Positions 12,601 through 26,642 of a stretch of DNA of 64,000 nucleotides are shown one piece after another. How positions within the stretch are numbered: position 1 is the first letter of the stretch; each line of letters starts with the position of its first letter. Origin of the DNA: Octopus sinensis (lineage: Eukaryota); contig NC_043014.1 of assembly GCF_006345805.1 (NCBI RefSeq), forward strand, positions 41,912,001 through 41,976,000, given 5' to 3'. The translations under genes and the position numbers were made by a program. Under the pieces are notes generated by a model. It had not been told where the DNA came from and made no database searches. It saw only the letters and a list, made by a program, of their open reading frames with translations.

Positions 12601-13032
12601 ATGATTCAGTACGACCATAAGACAGAGAATAGGAAATTAGATATAGTGCTAATTGAGAAAGAAAGCAAACTATGGTGGATCATAGATATAGCATGCCTAG
12701 CTGACAACAAGGTATGCAATAAGGAAGAAAGAAAAATCGATAGATATGACAGGTTAGATTGGGAGGTTAAGCAGTTGTGGTGGTTGAAAAGGTGGTAGTA
12801 GTACCAATAATTGTCAGAGCCCTGAGAATAGTAAGTAAAAATCTTGAGACGTATATGGAAGAACTAGGGGCTGCAATAAGGGTAGAGCACTTACAGAAAA
12901 CAGCACTACTTGGGACCACTCGAATACTCCGAAAGGTGCTCGAAAAATAAGAGGTGTTACCTTAGTTCATTGGTAGTGAACAGCTGACACCGTAGTACAT
13001 CTCCTGTGCTAGAAGCTGTGCAAAGACAGTAA
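9660..13032 (+). mobile_element. Decayed R4/Dong-clade non-LTR retrotransposon (RT plus restriction-like endonuclease)
   Basis: N-terminal VMECYY..ITELRLCDQA; RT NYRPISCL, PHEQKG, DYRKAYD, GIFQGD, LFMDDLKLY, MEFGL; HGQF..LKPETE..AAQEQAL; zinc knuckle CRIC..ETVWHITSQC; RLE RK(P>L)DIV..IIDIA..KEERKIDRY; stop at 12948-12950; many stops and frameshifts. Confidence 0.93.
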
Positions 13033-13098
<66 letters not shown>

Positions 13099-13099
13099 T

Positions 13100-13130
<31 letters not shown>

Positions 13131-13342
13131 GATGATGATGATTTCAAGTTTTTCCTACATCGATTCCAGTGCGTAACTGGTACTTATTTAATCGACCCCG
13201 AAAGGATAAAAAGGGCAAAGTCGACGTCCACGGAATTTGAACTCAGAATGTAAAGAACTCAGAAATGCCGCTAAGCAAGTTCTTCGGCGTGCTAAAGATT
13301 CTGCAAGCTCACCGCCTTCGCCGCCTTAATAGAAGAAAACTA

Positions 13343-13727
13343 TATAGGAGCACTCCGTCGGTTGCGACGATGAGGGTCCCAGCTGATACGATCAACGAAA
13401 CAGCTTGCTCGTGATATTAACGTGCAAGTGGCTGAGCACTCCACAGACACGTGTACCCTTAACGTAGTTCTCAGGAGATTCAGCGTGACACAGAGAGTGA
13501 CAAGGCTGGCCCTTTGAAATACAGGTACAAGAGAAACAGGAAGAAAGAGCGAGAGAAAGTTGTGGTGAAAGAGTACAGCAGGGTTCACCACCATCCCCTG
13601 CCGGAGCCTCGTGGAGCTTTTAGGTGTTTTCGCTCAATAAACACTCACAATGCCCGGTCTGGGAATCGAAACCGCGATCTTCCGACCGCGAGTCCGTTGC
13701 CCTAACCACTGGGCCATTGCGCCTCCA
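13343..13727 (-). mobile_element. SINE-C (tRNA-Arg-like head, tail 1)
   Basis: GGAGGCGCAATGGCCCAGTGGTTAGGGCAACGGACTCGCGGTC..GGTTTCGATTCC (A/B boxes, TCG anticodon-like); possibly the octopus OR-type SINEs. Confidence 0.88.
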
Positions 13728-13735
13728 CAACAACA

Positions 13736-13800
<65 letters not shown>

Positions 13801-13801
13801 T

Positions 13802-13832
<31 letters not shown>

Positions 13833-14045
13833 GATGATGATGATTTCAAGTTTTTCCTACATCGATTCCAGTGCGTAACTGGTACTTATTTAATCGACCC
13901 CGAAAGGATAAAAAGGGCAAAGTCGACGTCCACGGAATTTGAACTCAGAATGTAAAGAACTCAGAAATGCCGCTAAGCAAGTTCTTCGGCGTGCTAAAGA
14001 TTCTGCAAGCTCACCGCCTTTCGCCGCCTTAATAGAAGAAAACTA

Positions 14046-14430
14046 TATAGGAGCACTCCGTCGGTTGCGACGATGAGGGTCCCAGCTGATACGATCAACG
14101 AAACAGCTTGCTCGTGATATTAACGTGCAAGTGGCTGAGCACTCCACAGACACGTGTACCCTTAACGTAGTTCTCAGGAGATTCAGCGTGACACAGAGAG
14201 TGACAAGGCTGGCCCTTTGAAATACAGGTACAAGAGAAACAGGAAGAAAGAGCGAGAGAAAGTTGTGGTGAAAGAGTACAGCAGGGTTCACCACCATCCC
14301 CTGCCGGAGCCTCGTGGAGCTTTTAGGTGTTTTCGCTCAATAAACACTCACAATGCCCGGTCTGGGAATCGAAACCGCGATCTTCCGACCGCGAGTCCGT
14401 TGCCCTAACCACTGGGCCATTGCGCCTCCA
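14046..14430 (-). mobile_element. SINE-C duplicate
   Basis: Near-identical to 13343-13727. Confidence 0.88.
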
Positions 14431-14485
14431 CAACAACAATAATAATAATAATATAATAATAATAATGATAATAATAATAATAATA

Positions 14486-14525
<40 letters not shown>

Positions 14526-14588
14526 GATGATGATTTCAAGTTTTTCCTACATCGAATCCAGTGCGTAACTGGTACTTATTTAATCGAC

Positions 14589-14816
14589 AAGGCGGCGTGT
14601 TGGCAGAAACGTTAGCACGTCGGGCGAAATGCTTAGCCGTATTTCGTCTGTGAGTTGTGAGTTCAAATTCCGCCGAGGTCGACTTTGTCTTTCATCCTTT
14701 CGGGTCGATAAATTAAGTACCAGTTACGCACTGGGGTCGATGTAATCGACTTAATACCTATGTCTGTCCTTGTTTGTCCCTTCTATGTTTAGCCCCTTGT
14801 GGGTAATAAAGAAATA
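14589..14816 (+). mobile_element. SINE-A (tail 1) nested in an antisense SINE-A
   Basis: 18-bp TSD GGTACTTAT(T/C)TAATCGAC at 14571-14588 and 14817-14834. Confidence 0.92.
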
Positions 14817-15206
14817 GGTACTTATCTAATCGACCCCGAACGAATGAAAGGCAAAGTCGACCTCCACGGAATTTGAACTCAGAATATTAAAGATCGACGA
14901 AATGCCGCCAAGCAGCAAGTTATCCGGCTTGCTAAAAAGATTCTGCAAGCTCACCGCCTTTCGCCGCCTTAATAGAAGAAAACTAATAAGATGATAAAAG
15001 AAAAAAGCGTGTATTTAGGTGATCGTTATTATTGACATCCGTTTTCCCCATCAGCTTCTCCTCCACTATATAAGAACCTCGAGACCATAACTCGCAATTT
15101 CGTTGAAGAAATTGGCGTAAAATTACTTAACTATCTGCCGCCGCCGTTCCTTCTTCTGTTCGCAGACATCGAGACGTTACAAGAAAATAGAAACTAGTGG
15201 GTGTGA

Positions 15207-15240
<34 letters not shown>

Positions 15241-15365
15241 ATATATATATACATTATATATATATATAAATACATTATATATATAGTTTTATATATATAT
15301 ATATATAATTATGTATATAATATATATATATATACATATGTATATATATATATGATATATATATA

Positions 15366-15412
<47 letters not shown>

Positions 15413-15641
15413 TAAGTATATATATATATATATATATAGATATATATATCTATATATATATATATATATATATTTGTATATATGATGTATGCATATATAT
15501 AGATATATTTATACATTTATACATAAATATATTTTATGCACATAGTTACCTAAATCTTCAATAATACACATACACACCGCACACATATATGTATGTATAT
15601 ATGCATATATATATATGAATATATATATATATATACATATG

Positions 15642-15677
<36 letters not shown>

Positions 15678-15741
15678 TTTATAAGTTTATATCTATCTAA
15701 CCATCTGTCTGTCTCTGTCTCGCGCTCCCTCGCTCAGCCTG

Positions 15742-15817
<76 letters not shown>

Positions 15818-15914
15818 GGATGTGCGTGCGTGTATGGACATGTATACATACATACATACACACACACACACACCACACACATATATATATGTATATGTAT
15901 ATATGCATATTAAG

Positions 15915-16215
15915 GTTACGACGACGAGGATCCCAGTTGATCCGATCAACGGAAGTGCATGCTCGTGTAATTAATGCCCAGATGACTGGCCATTCTACAA
16001 TCACGCGTACTCTTAACGTCGTCCCCAGGGAAATTCCTTCTGGCACAGAATATGACAATGTTGGCCTTTCGAAATACAAGTACTACTCCAATTTTTGCCT
16101 GTCGAGGACTGTGAAATAAACCGTCTTACCCAAGGACAAAACCGTGCCGCCAGTTATCGAACTCACAGCCTCACGATCGCGAGCAGAATTCCCTAACCAT
16201 TTAGCCACCTGTCTT
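15915..16215 (-). mobile_element. Diverged SINE-C-related copy
   Basis: Shares GGTTACGACGACGAGG..GCTCGTG..TTAACGT with the SINE-C tail; tRNA-like head near 16150-16210. Confidence 0.7.
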
Positions 16216-17532
16216 CATAGAGTCACGCGCCTTCACACAGATAGATATACATCCATATATACACATGCACTTATCCACTTCGTTATTATTTATCTCAATA
16301 TCAAATCGGTACCAACATCATCTCAATGAATCAATTTCTTGTTCAATATATTGCTAAAGGCGTGACTAACAAAGCCTCGAATAGATTCCATCAAAGACTT
16401 GGTCATCACAAAGAACTTCGATCAAAGAACACCAAACTTCACACCGATGTTTATAAATCATTTACCAATATATGGCAATGAATGTTATACAAGTCGAATT
16501 TTCACGTAATCATACACCCACAAACACATACACTTGAACGCATTTATGCATGCACCACACTACTTCCATATATATAATGTCTAAGTTCGCTCAGAGACAA
16601 CGTAAGAATTTTTTTTCCTTATCAGATAAAATAGTAATTATTTCGAATATATTCATTGTCAAACCCTACAATTTTTTAAGTTACAGTAACACAACACCTT
16701 TGCCTAAAACCAAAATGAAATGAAAGAACACTCCTGTAACAAAGCAAGGTACTAAATATAGTCTTTTACTCTTTACCGTTTCTGTGTTATCACATGTGAT
16801 ACATGGGGCGTATATCCCTGGGGTCAATGCATCATATTCGATATACAGTACCAATCTTTTCAACCTCTTGTGTAACACGTAACTGATGAAACAAAAGCTT
16901 TATATCATTCAGAACGTATGAAACCAGTGGTAACTAAAGGTCTGAAAACAAGCATGGACGTTTTGAAGAAACTTACGAAAATGTTCTGGACTGTCAGCTG
17001 GATAAATTTCCTCATGTAACTCCCAAGCGTCTGAAAACTTGGGAAAATACATTTCATGAAGCAGTTCCAAACACATGCTGTCTCAAAACAGACGGATGGT
17101 ATGTGTGGATTGTCTTTTAGCATGAATTTTATGTAGCAGGGATAATAGGGTTAAAAAATTCAAAAGTTTAGTAACGTAGCTTTCTTGTGATGTTTAGACA
17201 ATATGAAAGCTGTTTTCCGGAAACCTTTAAAGAGCGGCCACGTAGAGTTTCCCATATGACACGTATTGTGCTTTCGTTGATGTCGGAATTGATGACTTCT
17301 GTAAAATTGTATACGATCAACAAGCGAGTGTCTTTCTTCAAATTTCCGTATGCGAAGAACAAAAATGTATTCAAATAGAAATAAATCAACAAGAAATATT
17401 TGAGTGATTATTGTTCGTCGAAAGAGGGATACGATAAATTCTTCACTCAACAAAAGAAGAACCGGAGTCGAATTCATCGACTAAGTCTTCAAGACGGTGC
17501 TACACCATGGACTGAACCAAATAAAAATCAGT

Positions 17533-17584
<52 letters not shown>

Positions 17585-17589
17585 TCTTT

Positions 17590-17765
17590 AGGTGTATGCA
17601 TGGTTGTGTGGGTGTGTGGTAAGAAGCTTGCTTCTCAAGCACATGGTCCCGGGTTCAATCCCACTATGTAGCATATTGGACATGTGTCTTCTTGGGTCCA
17701 CTAAAACACTCCAAGACGGTACTCCAGCAAAACCGCAGTCAGATGTCTGAAACAAGTAAAAGAAT
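17590..17765 (+). mobile_element. SINE-B, internally deleted
   Basis: Head GTGTGGTAAGAAGCTTGC and tail CTGAAACAAGTAAAAG. Confidence 0.75.
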
Positions 17766-17853
17766 AACGGAATAGAAGAATACATATATGCATTTATGTT
17801 TGTATATGTGTACGTATATGAATGATGCACATGTATCCACACATATACATACA

Positions 17854-18218
17854 CGAGCAAAACGCCCCCGTCCAATGGACGGTACTGAGTTGTCAAACAT
17901 TTAAACCAAATTTTCACAAAAACAACTTGTTCGACCGTCCCATAGACCTCCCCATTGAGAAACACTGATTTAACCTAAATTTGAGACACCAGCAAAAGAA
18001 GAAATAAAGATAGACATTTTTTCTATTCCAATGAAAAACGATTTCTTACGGCTTTATCGATTGCATTCTCCCCTGGAATCGATTTTTGAAATTTTTGAAG
18101 ACTTATACACGCCCTGATACCGTCGGTATCTACATATCTAATTTGAGCGCAATCGGATGGAGGATGCCCGAGATCTTAGAAGCATCACACACACACAGAA
18201 CGGATTTTATATAAGAGA
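17854..18218 (-). mobile_element. Non-autonomous Helitron-like element, copy 1
   Basis: A|TCTCTTATATAAAA start, ..TTTTGCTCG|T end; homologous to 40980-41364. Confidence 0.75.
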
Positions 18219-18572
18219 TATAGATACATTAATATATATACACACAGACAAACACCGATACACGCGCGCGAGCACTCGCGTATACACACCTCCTTTCTTT
18301 TTAGGACAGTAGAGTGTGTGGGTTTGTGGTTATTGCGAATTGTGTTGCTATGTCTTGCAAGTCGAGCGCTAGTGTTTAAAGGCAAATATGAATCATGCCT
18401 GTGTGGGTGTGAAGTTAATAGTTGTTGGAATGTAGTGACTAAATGAATATCTAAAGTTTTCATGTTTGAACGTCAATAAAACTGGGCCGATCTATACCTT
18501 CCCTCTTGTACACTGTTTACTCGCTAGCTTGTTTAAGATCAAAAGGTCTGCTTGCGCAAGTATCAGCCAACG

Positions 18573-18955
18573 TATGTATGTATGTATGTATGTATGCATT
18601 TATGTATGTATGTATGTATGTATGTATGTATGTATGTATGTATGTATTGTGTATGCATGTATGTATGTATGATGTATGTATGTATGTATGTATTTGTATG
18701 TATGTATGTATGCATGTATGTATGTATGTATGTAGGTATGTATGTATGTATGTATGCATTTATGTATGTATGTGTGTATGTATGTGTGTATGTATGTATG
18801 TATGTGTTGTATGTTATGTATGTCTGTATGTATGTATGTATGCATTTATGTATGTATGTGTGTATGTATGTATGTATGTATGTATGTATGTATGCATTTA
18901 TGTATGTATGTATGATGTATGTATGTATGTATGTATGTATGTATGTATGTATGTG
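18573..18955. repeat. (TATG)n tetranucleotide tract
   Basis: Seen directly. Confidence 0.95.
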
Positions 18956-19024
18956 GGTTTATATGTATGCATGTATGGATGGATTTGTGCATATGTGTGT
19001 GTGTGTGCATATGTGTGTATACTC

Positions 19025-19442
19025 ACTTTTACTCTTCTACTTGTTTCAGTCATTTGAGTGTGGCCATGCTGGAGCACCGCCATTAGTCGGGCAAATCGAC
19101 CCCCAAGAAATATTCTTTGTAAGCCTAGTACTTATTCTATCGGTTCTCTTTTGACGAACCGCTAAGTTACGGGGACGTAAACTCACCAGCAGCGGTTGTC
19201 AAGCGATGTTGGGAGGTGGGGACAAACACAGACTCACAAACATATACACACACATACATATATGTATACATATATACGACGAGCTTCCTTCAGTTTCCAT
19301 CTACCAAATCCACTCACAAGGCTTTGGTCGGCCCGAGGCTATAGTAGAAGACAATTGCCCAAGGTGCCACGCAGTTGGACTGAACCCGGAACCATGTAGT
19401 TGTGAAGCAAGCTACTTTACCACACAGCCACTCCTGCACCTA
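19025..19442 (-). mobile_element. SINE-B full length
   Basis: Homology to 1373-1788. Confidence 0.9.
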
Positions 19443-20014
19443 TGTACGTATTATATAGACGATGTGTGCCTCTGAATATCTGTATGCATGTGTGTGTGTG
19501 TGTGTGTGCGTGCGTGAGTTATATGTGTGTAAGAGTATATTGTTGCGTTTATACATGGATATATATATATATGTGTGTATGTGTATGAGTGTATACACAC
19601 ACACACTCACACACATATGTGCGTGTGCAAATATATGTGTGTGTGTGTGTGTGTATGCACTCATACACATAGACACATATATATTTCTATGTATGAATGT
19701 AATAATATACACTTGCAAACATATTACACACACGCACACACACACACACTACTCAGGCACACCCACACACACAAACACACACAAACACACACACATACAT
19801 ACATACATACATACATACATACATACAGATATTGAGAGGCACACATCGTCTACATAATACATATATACACACATGTGCACACACACACACACACACATTT
19901 ACAAATATTCTGCGTGTGTATTAGTATTTGCACACATACCTATATACATATATATAGATATTTATAAAGCATATTTGTATTTTATATATGTGTATATCTA
20001 TGTATTTGTGTGCG

Positions 20015-20056
<42 letters not shown>

Positions 20057-20777
20057 TCTTTCTCTCTCTCTCCTCTCTCTCTCTCTCTCTGTATGTGTGT
20101 GTGTATGTGTTTTTGATATTACAAAAGTGAGAAACATAACTCAGTTCATAAGCGCTTTTAAGCAAATTGGAAGGACCTTTTAAGCTGTGTCCGTGTTTGT
20201 ACTTATAAACAGTGATAGGTTATACATCTCTCTTTTTATATTAAGGATCTCAAAAGATTACAAACTTGTCAGGTTGGTCACAAATTTTCTGTCCGCATAG
20301 TGATGAAAATCAAAGAAAACCAATCTGATGAAGATTATCCTTTCAAATACATTTCATATTATCCAATAACGATAACTTATGAAATATTCATTAATTAAAA
20401 AAATCACTCTACCACTCTAATTAGAGGGCTGTTACTAACATTATATACTTTATAAGTATCTGAGTAACAGCTTTTGTTATATTTCTGCTGCTTTTAAATA
20501 AAGCATATTACTCTACCGCTGGTATTTGAGTACTCTTTTTTCCACCTTGTTTCACATTTATCTGCTTACTCCGGTATATATATATATCACCGTGATCACT
20601 GTGACCGACCAGGCTATCAAATGTTGCTACACATCGCTGGTCACAATGCGCTTCGCATTGATTTAGCCTTCAAATGACGCCACCCCGCTGGCTAAGCGAG
20701 CGGGCCATATATATATAGATATATATATATAGCTATTATATATATATATAATATATATTATATATATAGGTATATTC

Positions 20778-20829
<52 letters not shown>

Positions 20830-20834
20830 GACAT

Positions 20835-20879
<45 letters not shown>

Positions 20880-21632
20880 TAGATATATAATATATACAAT
20901 AATATATATAATATATTATATTATATAGTATATATGTGTTGGTGTGGGTGTGTGTGTGTGTGTTTGTGTGCATAGGTATGTGTATGTGTGTGTGTGTGTG
21001 GTACACGCAACATTCTTTAACAGAAACAAATACAGAAATAAACATACACGCACGCATAAATCTATTACTCCAAGAATGCTTATATCTATGCAGGTATGCA
21101 TGCAAATATACCTTTGCGCGCGCGAATGTTTCTGCATCTGTTGCTGTGTTCATGTGTGCATGCATGCATGTGTGCATTAATGTGTGTCTGTGAGCATGCG
21201 GGTGCGTATTTGAGTGTCTGAGGGTGTGTGGAGACACGAAAGACGAGTCAGGAACGAGAGGTGTCTATAAATATCTTAAGCTTTATAGATATCAATGTGA
21301 ACAATACGGAATTGTTCGTCACAAAACCTGCTGTTTGTTTTCGTTAGGTGTGTCTCTAACCGTTTACTAAAATGTGATAGGTGTCCGTGTATGTGCACAT
21401 AAATGTGTGCGCACTCACGCATACACATATATATGTATATGTGTGTCTGCGTCTGTGTTACTGTGTGTGTATGTATGCATGTATGTATGTGGGTGTGTAC
21501 ATGTGAATGCGTGTGTATGTGTGTATGTATGTATATGTATGGGTGTTTATATATGTGTATGTCTGTATGACAGTATGGCAGTATGGCAGTATGTATGTAT
21601 GTATGTATGTATGTATGTATGTATGTATGTGT

Positions 21633-21663
<31 letters not shown>

Positions 21664-21852
21664 TGTGTGCGTGTGCATACGTATCCTATCTCAAACATCT
21701 GTTGGGCTCTAAAGTTAATCAGCAGTGATCAATCAGTCGATGTTTGTGTCTATGTGCACGGTCGTTTATATATACATATACATATGCATGCATACATACA
21801 TACATGCATACATACATACATACATACATACATACATACATACATACATACA

Positions 21853-21883
<31 letters not shown>

Positions 21884-22091
21884 GTCTGTGTGTGTGTGTC
21901 TGTGTCAATATATATGTGCATATATACCTATGTATTTGTATATCTTTTTATTGCTTTTCTTTTGTCTTGCTCGATTACGTTTTGGTTGTTTGCTACATTT
22001 TTCTTCAGAACATTTCTTAGTGGTAAGACCATAGCGCATCTACTTCTAGCATAAGGGTGTCCACCTAGTGGTTATTCCTCTCGTATGGTAT

Positions 22092-22191
22092 NNNNNNNNN
22101 NNNNNNNNNNNNNNNNNNNNNNNNNNNNNNNNNNNNNNNNNNNNNNNNNNNNNNNNNNNNNNNNNNNNNNNNNNNNNNNNNNNNNNNNNNN
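22092..22191. other. Assembly gap (100 N)
   Basis: Run of N. Confidence 1.
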
Positions 22192-22589
22192 TGCGCGTGT
22201 GCGAGTGCGTGCGTGTGTTTTCGAGAGTGTAGATGGGTTTGCGTGTATGTCTGACAGGAAAACTGGATATCATTTACCTACATATGCTGCTTGCATTTCT
22301 GAAAGATCTATGTTCCCTATTGTTAATTGGCCGGAAAAAAATATATATTTGTGGATATTTCTACATCTTATGTATAAACTTTTAAGAGGTTTCTCATCTT
22401 ACAAAATATCAGATACGTAAAGATGTTTTCACTCGTATATTCATATTCCAACATACACACACACACACACACACGGACCCAAATATGTGTGAACAAATTG
22501 TATACACACGTGTAGAGATGAGTTTATATGTATGTATCCCCACGAAAATACACATTCATACACGCACACATATATTTGTACATAACTAC

Positions 22590-22655
<66 letters not shown>

Positions 22656-22769
22656 ATAAGTTATATTTATATATATATGACGTATATATATATATATACA
22701 TATGCATACACATACGTTATGTACACACATATATATATGTATATATAAACACACACACACACGCATATA

Positions 22770-22821
<52 letters not shown>

Positions 22822-23377
22822 AACACACACGCACATATATATATGTGTGTATGTATATGTGTGTGTGTGTACGTAGGTATGTATGTATATATGCAGATGT
22901 ACATTAGTGCCATCACCCCCGACCCGCACCGGTTACGCCGCGCCTTTTTTTTTTCACTGTTGAACACTTCCCCCGTGACTATAATTACTATATTTTCGTC
23001 GTTCCTCACTCCATTACAACCACCTTTATCATCTCACCCGACAGCTGCTGCTACAGCTGTATGTTCCCCACAACAGTTATTAAAAATCATCGTCGCAATC
23101 ATTATCATCTATATCTATATCAACTATCGCTCGACTTCTTCGAAATAGCGCTGAATGTTTCGCAGCCAGCATCCTACCATCTTAAAACATTAAAAAAAAG
23201 AAATCCGTTGCGTAATGTAGCGCAAGGTATGTATTAAATTACGGATAGTACCGGCTAGAATTCTTTTATTCATAAGCCTCTTTGTTCTATCAAGTTTTGG
23301 ATGCTTACTAGTAAAGGCTATGGATTTTTTCATCACTGGAGTGGAACAGAAATTCAATATTATTTGTGTCTTTGTAA

Positions 23378-23957
23378 AGCGGCGAGCTGGCAGAATCGTT
23401 AGCACGCCGGGCGAAATGCTTACCGGTATTTCGTCTGCCGTTACGTTCTGAGTTCAAATTCCGCCGAGGTCGACTTTGCCTTTCATCCTTTCGGGGTCGA
23501 TAAATTAAGTGCCAGTTACGCACTGGGGTCGATGTAATCGACTTAATACCTATGTATGTCCTTGTTTGTCCCCTCTATTTTAGCCCCTTGTGGGCAGTAA
23601 AGAATAGGTATTTCGTCTATCGTTTGTTTTGAGTTCAAAATTCCGCCGAGGTCGACTTTGCTTTCATTTTCGGGGTCGATAAATTAAAGTACCAGTACGC
23701 ACTGAGGTCGATATAATCGACTTAATACCAGTCTGTCCGTTCTCCTCTATGTTTTTTTGTGTTTAGCCCCTTGTGAGCAGTGAAGAAAATAGGTATTTGT
23801 CTATCTTTATGTCCTGAGTTCAAATTAGCCGAGGTCGACTTTGCCTTTCATCCTTTCGGGGTCGATAAGTTAAGCACTAGTTACGCACTAGGGTCGATGC
23901 AATCGATAGCCCCTTCCCCCAGATTTCAGGCCTTGTGCCTATAGTAGAAAAAATTAT
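23378..23957 (+). mobile_element. SINE-A concatemer: head + unit (tail 1) + unit (tail 1) + unit (tail 2)
   Basis: Three GAGTTCAAA..GAGGTCGACTTTGC cores joined at ..AATAGGTATTT. Confidence 0.9.
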
Positions 23958-24389
23958 TTGTGTCTTTGTGATGTAGAAAGATAAAATGTTGCTATGTATC
24001 ATTGGAGGATTCTTTGAAGTCTCTGTTCTTTGGAGTGAATTTTTCTAGGTTGCATGTTGCTTTCTGTCTGAAATAGAATAAAGAATGTTTAGATGTCAGC
24101 GTGCTAGAAGTGAAAGCAAACAAGCCAACGAAAAATGAGACAGTTACAAATGATCATTGGGACACACGTGAGTTGATAAGATTTAAATCAGAGATATTCC
24201 GTTACTGCTTGTTGCAACTGAATAATCTTACAAGATGCTTTCGGTTGGTTTGACGTAAAAGCCAGGCACATTTTAAAGCCTGACATTATTTTCTTCGAAC
24301 TTTCTTTATCACTTTCTGCAACGGTTTTGTTATCGTTCTTTTATTATTTTCATTCCTTTTTCTTTCCACCTTTGTCTTTCTCGTTCATT

Positions 24390-24392
24390 TTT

Positions 24393-24424
<32 letters not shown>

Positions 24425-24583
24425 CGACGGGCTTCTTTCAGTTTCCGTCTACCAAATCCACTCACAAGGCTTTGGGTGGCCCAAGGCTATAGTAGAAGAA
24501 ACTTGCCCAAGGTGCCACGCAGCGGGGACTGAACCCGGAACCATGTGGTTGCTAAGCAAGCTACTTAGCACACAGCCACTCCT
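24390..24583 (-). mobile_element. SINE-B 5' half
   Basis: Homology; breaks at the internal microsatellite. Confidence 0.85.
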
Positions 24584-25029
24584 TTGTCATCTTTTTTAAT
24601 TAATTCTCACACTTTCCCTCGGTATAGTAAACCCGATCATTTAACCAATGTCAGTAATATTTTGTGAATTTGTACTACAATTGTTTGGAGCTCTGCGTTC
24701 GACCTGTCACGTTCCTAGAACTCAATCCCTCTTCGATGTGCGCTCTCGTTGGATTTTCTTTTCTTTTTATGTTTAACGGACAGTTTTTACCGATTGTTAT
24801 AATTCTTATCCAAGTAAAACAAGTTACGAGTTCTTTTCTAGGTTATATTTTATTAGTCTAGGAACTCAAGGCTCAAATTACAATTACCATTGCACCTTTA
24901 AAATTGAGTTCTTTTATTAAAATCATGTCTGGTCATTTTAACATCTAAATTTTTAAAGATTAAAATTGCTGCTTTGCGTCTTTTAATGAAAGCTTTTGCA
25001 CTTCATATATTAATTTGCTCGTATCGAAG

Positions 25030-25365
25030 GTCTGGCTGAGTAGTTAAGAAGCTTGTTTGGCAACCAAGTGGTTTCGGGATCAATCCACTGTGCAGCACCT
25101 TGAGCAAGTGTCTTCAACTATAGCTCCGAGTCGACCAATGCCTTGTGAAAGAGTATGTTCCGCAAAAAATCTGTGAGGAAAGCTCGTTGTGTGTATGTAT
25201 GTGTTTGTAAGTATGTCTTTGTGTCTTTCTCCCCCGACAGAATAAGTACCACACTCTTAAAAAAGTAAGTTAAGTTCTGGGATCTATTTGTTCGAATAAA
25301 CATTTCAAAGTTCGAATATGGCCGCTGTCTAATAACCGAAACTAGCAAAAGATAAGAGATAAAAG
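25030..25365 (+). mobile_element. Diverged SINE-B
   Basis: Head, CCTTGAGCAAGTGTCTTC and tail motifs present. Confidence 0.78.
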
Positions 25366-26642
25366 ATATAATATAAATCCGTTTGTTATAGATTGTTTTC
25401 TCGTTAAAGCATCACAACAGTTACTTGAAGTATATAAGATTATAAACATTCTATAGATTTTGAAAACTAGCGCTTAAATTACTTTTGAAAGTAGCTTATT
25501 TTTAATGTTTTAATAGTTTGAGTCAGTAGGCTGTGGCACCATAGTCCGTTGGCTATGTAGCATATATATTAAATACGATGTAATAATTAAGTATTATTTC
25601 TAGACTTAGGAAACACCAATCCACTTTGGATGATGAATGTCAGTACTTCCACTCTTTCATTTAAGACGAAGTCTGCTAAGAGCTTGCAATCTGTAGTAGA
25701 TTTTTCGAATGTGATTATCTAGCAAAATTTATTTATTGATTTGTCGAGTTCGTCGTTCGTATGTTGGGACGGTTTAGTTGAAAAGTATTTTTTCCAAGGA
25801 ACGGTGAAAATTATCTTCCAACTTTTCTCCGATATTCAAAGGTGTCCCTGTTGTGTATCATTCAACGAAATTGTTTCATGACAATCTAGAGACCTGATAC
25901 TGTATACATTTAGTATGTGGAACATAATTTCACAATATTTCCAACTTCATTACATACGATCTTCAAAAAAGAAAAAAATAACAAAGAATTACATTTTTCT
26001 CGTCATAGGAGGAAGGGCTTCACCATCCGAGAAAACGGACGATTCCTTTTTTCTGTCGAATTTCCTTGTCAAACATTTGGTCTACATAAAACTATGTTAG
26101 AAAGACACTTACTCGAAGAGTCACGCAATTAAACCGACCCTCAAATAAGTGTGAAAATAACTACTTAACTATATAGCCATTCCTACGTTCACATGTGGTA
26201 GATCTATTTGTATTTTTCTTTAAACTTAATATTTAAATCAACTTCCTCTAAGATTTTCGTAAACCTATTTCCTATTTCGCTATTGGGCGTGGCGTCTTTT
26301 GGCACCATATTATCAAATTTGATATCATGCCATATACTTATTTCGTTTTGCCATTCTTCCATGACTTGTTAGCACATACTCCAAATCGTTTATTGGGTTC
26401 TTTTTTTTCAGTTTTTTTTTATTCATAGATGAATAATGCAAATTAGACATGTCAGTAATTGTGACATTTTCAGGTCCTCGGAGTTCAAGAAGTTTTGTTT
26501 CACTAAAGGGAAATACTACACTTAATGATATAATTTTGGAAATATTGTATAACGTATGGGATTACCGTTAGGTATAATAAGAGTTTGTAAAGCCTAAAAT
26601 ATAGTGCGACTCGCTTTTTTTATTGTTATTCAGGATTAATGA

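Larger units (their letters stand above)
13033..14984. repeat. Tandem duplication: two 703-bp units [(TAA)n + SINE-A(-) + SINE-C(-)] plus a diverged third partial unit
   Basis: Identical ORFs at 13340/14043 and 13514/14217, offset by 703 bp. Confidence 0.92.

Noticed and set aside
13655-13727. tRNA-Arg gene
   Set aside because: Acceptor stem does not close and the sequence continues into a multicopy SINE body.
20586-20706. GC-rich insert in (TA)n, tested as an HDV/twister-like ribozyme
   Set aside because: Could not thread the required pseudoknot by eye; likely a repeat fragment.
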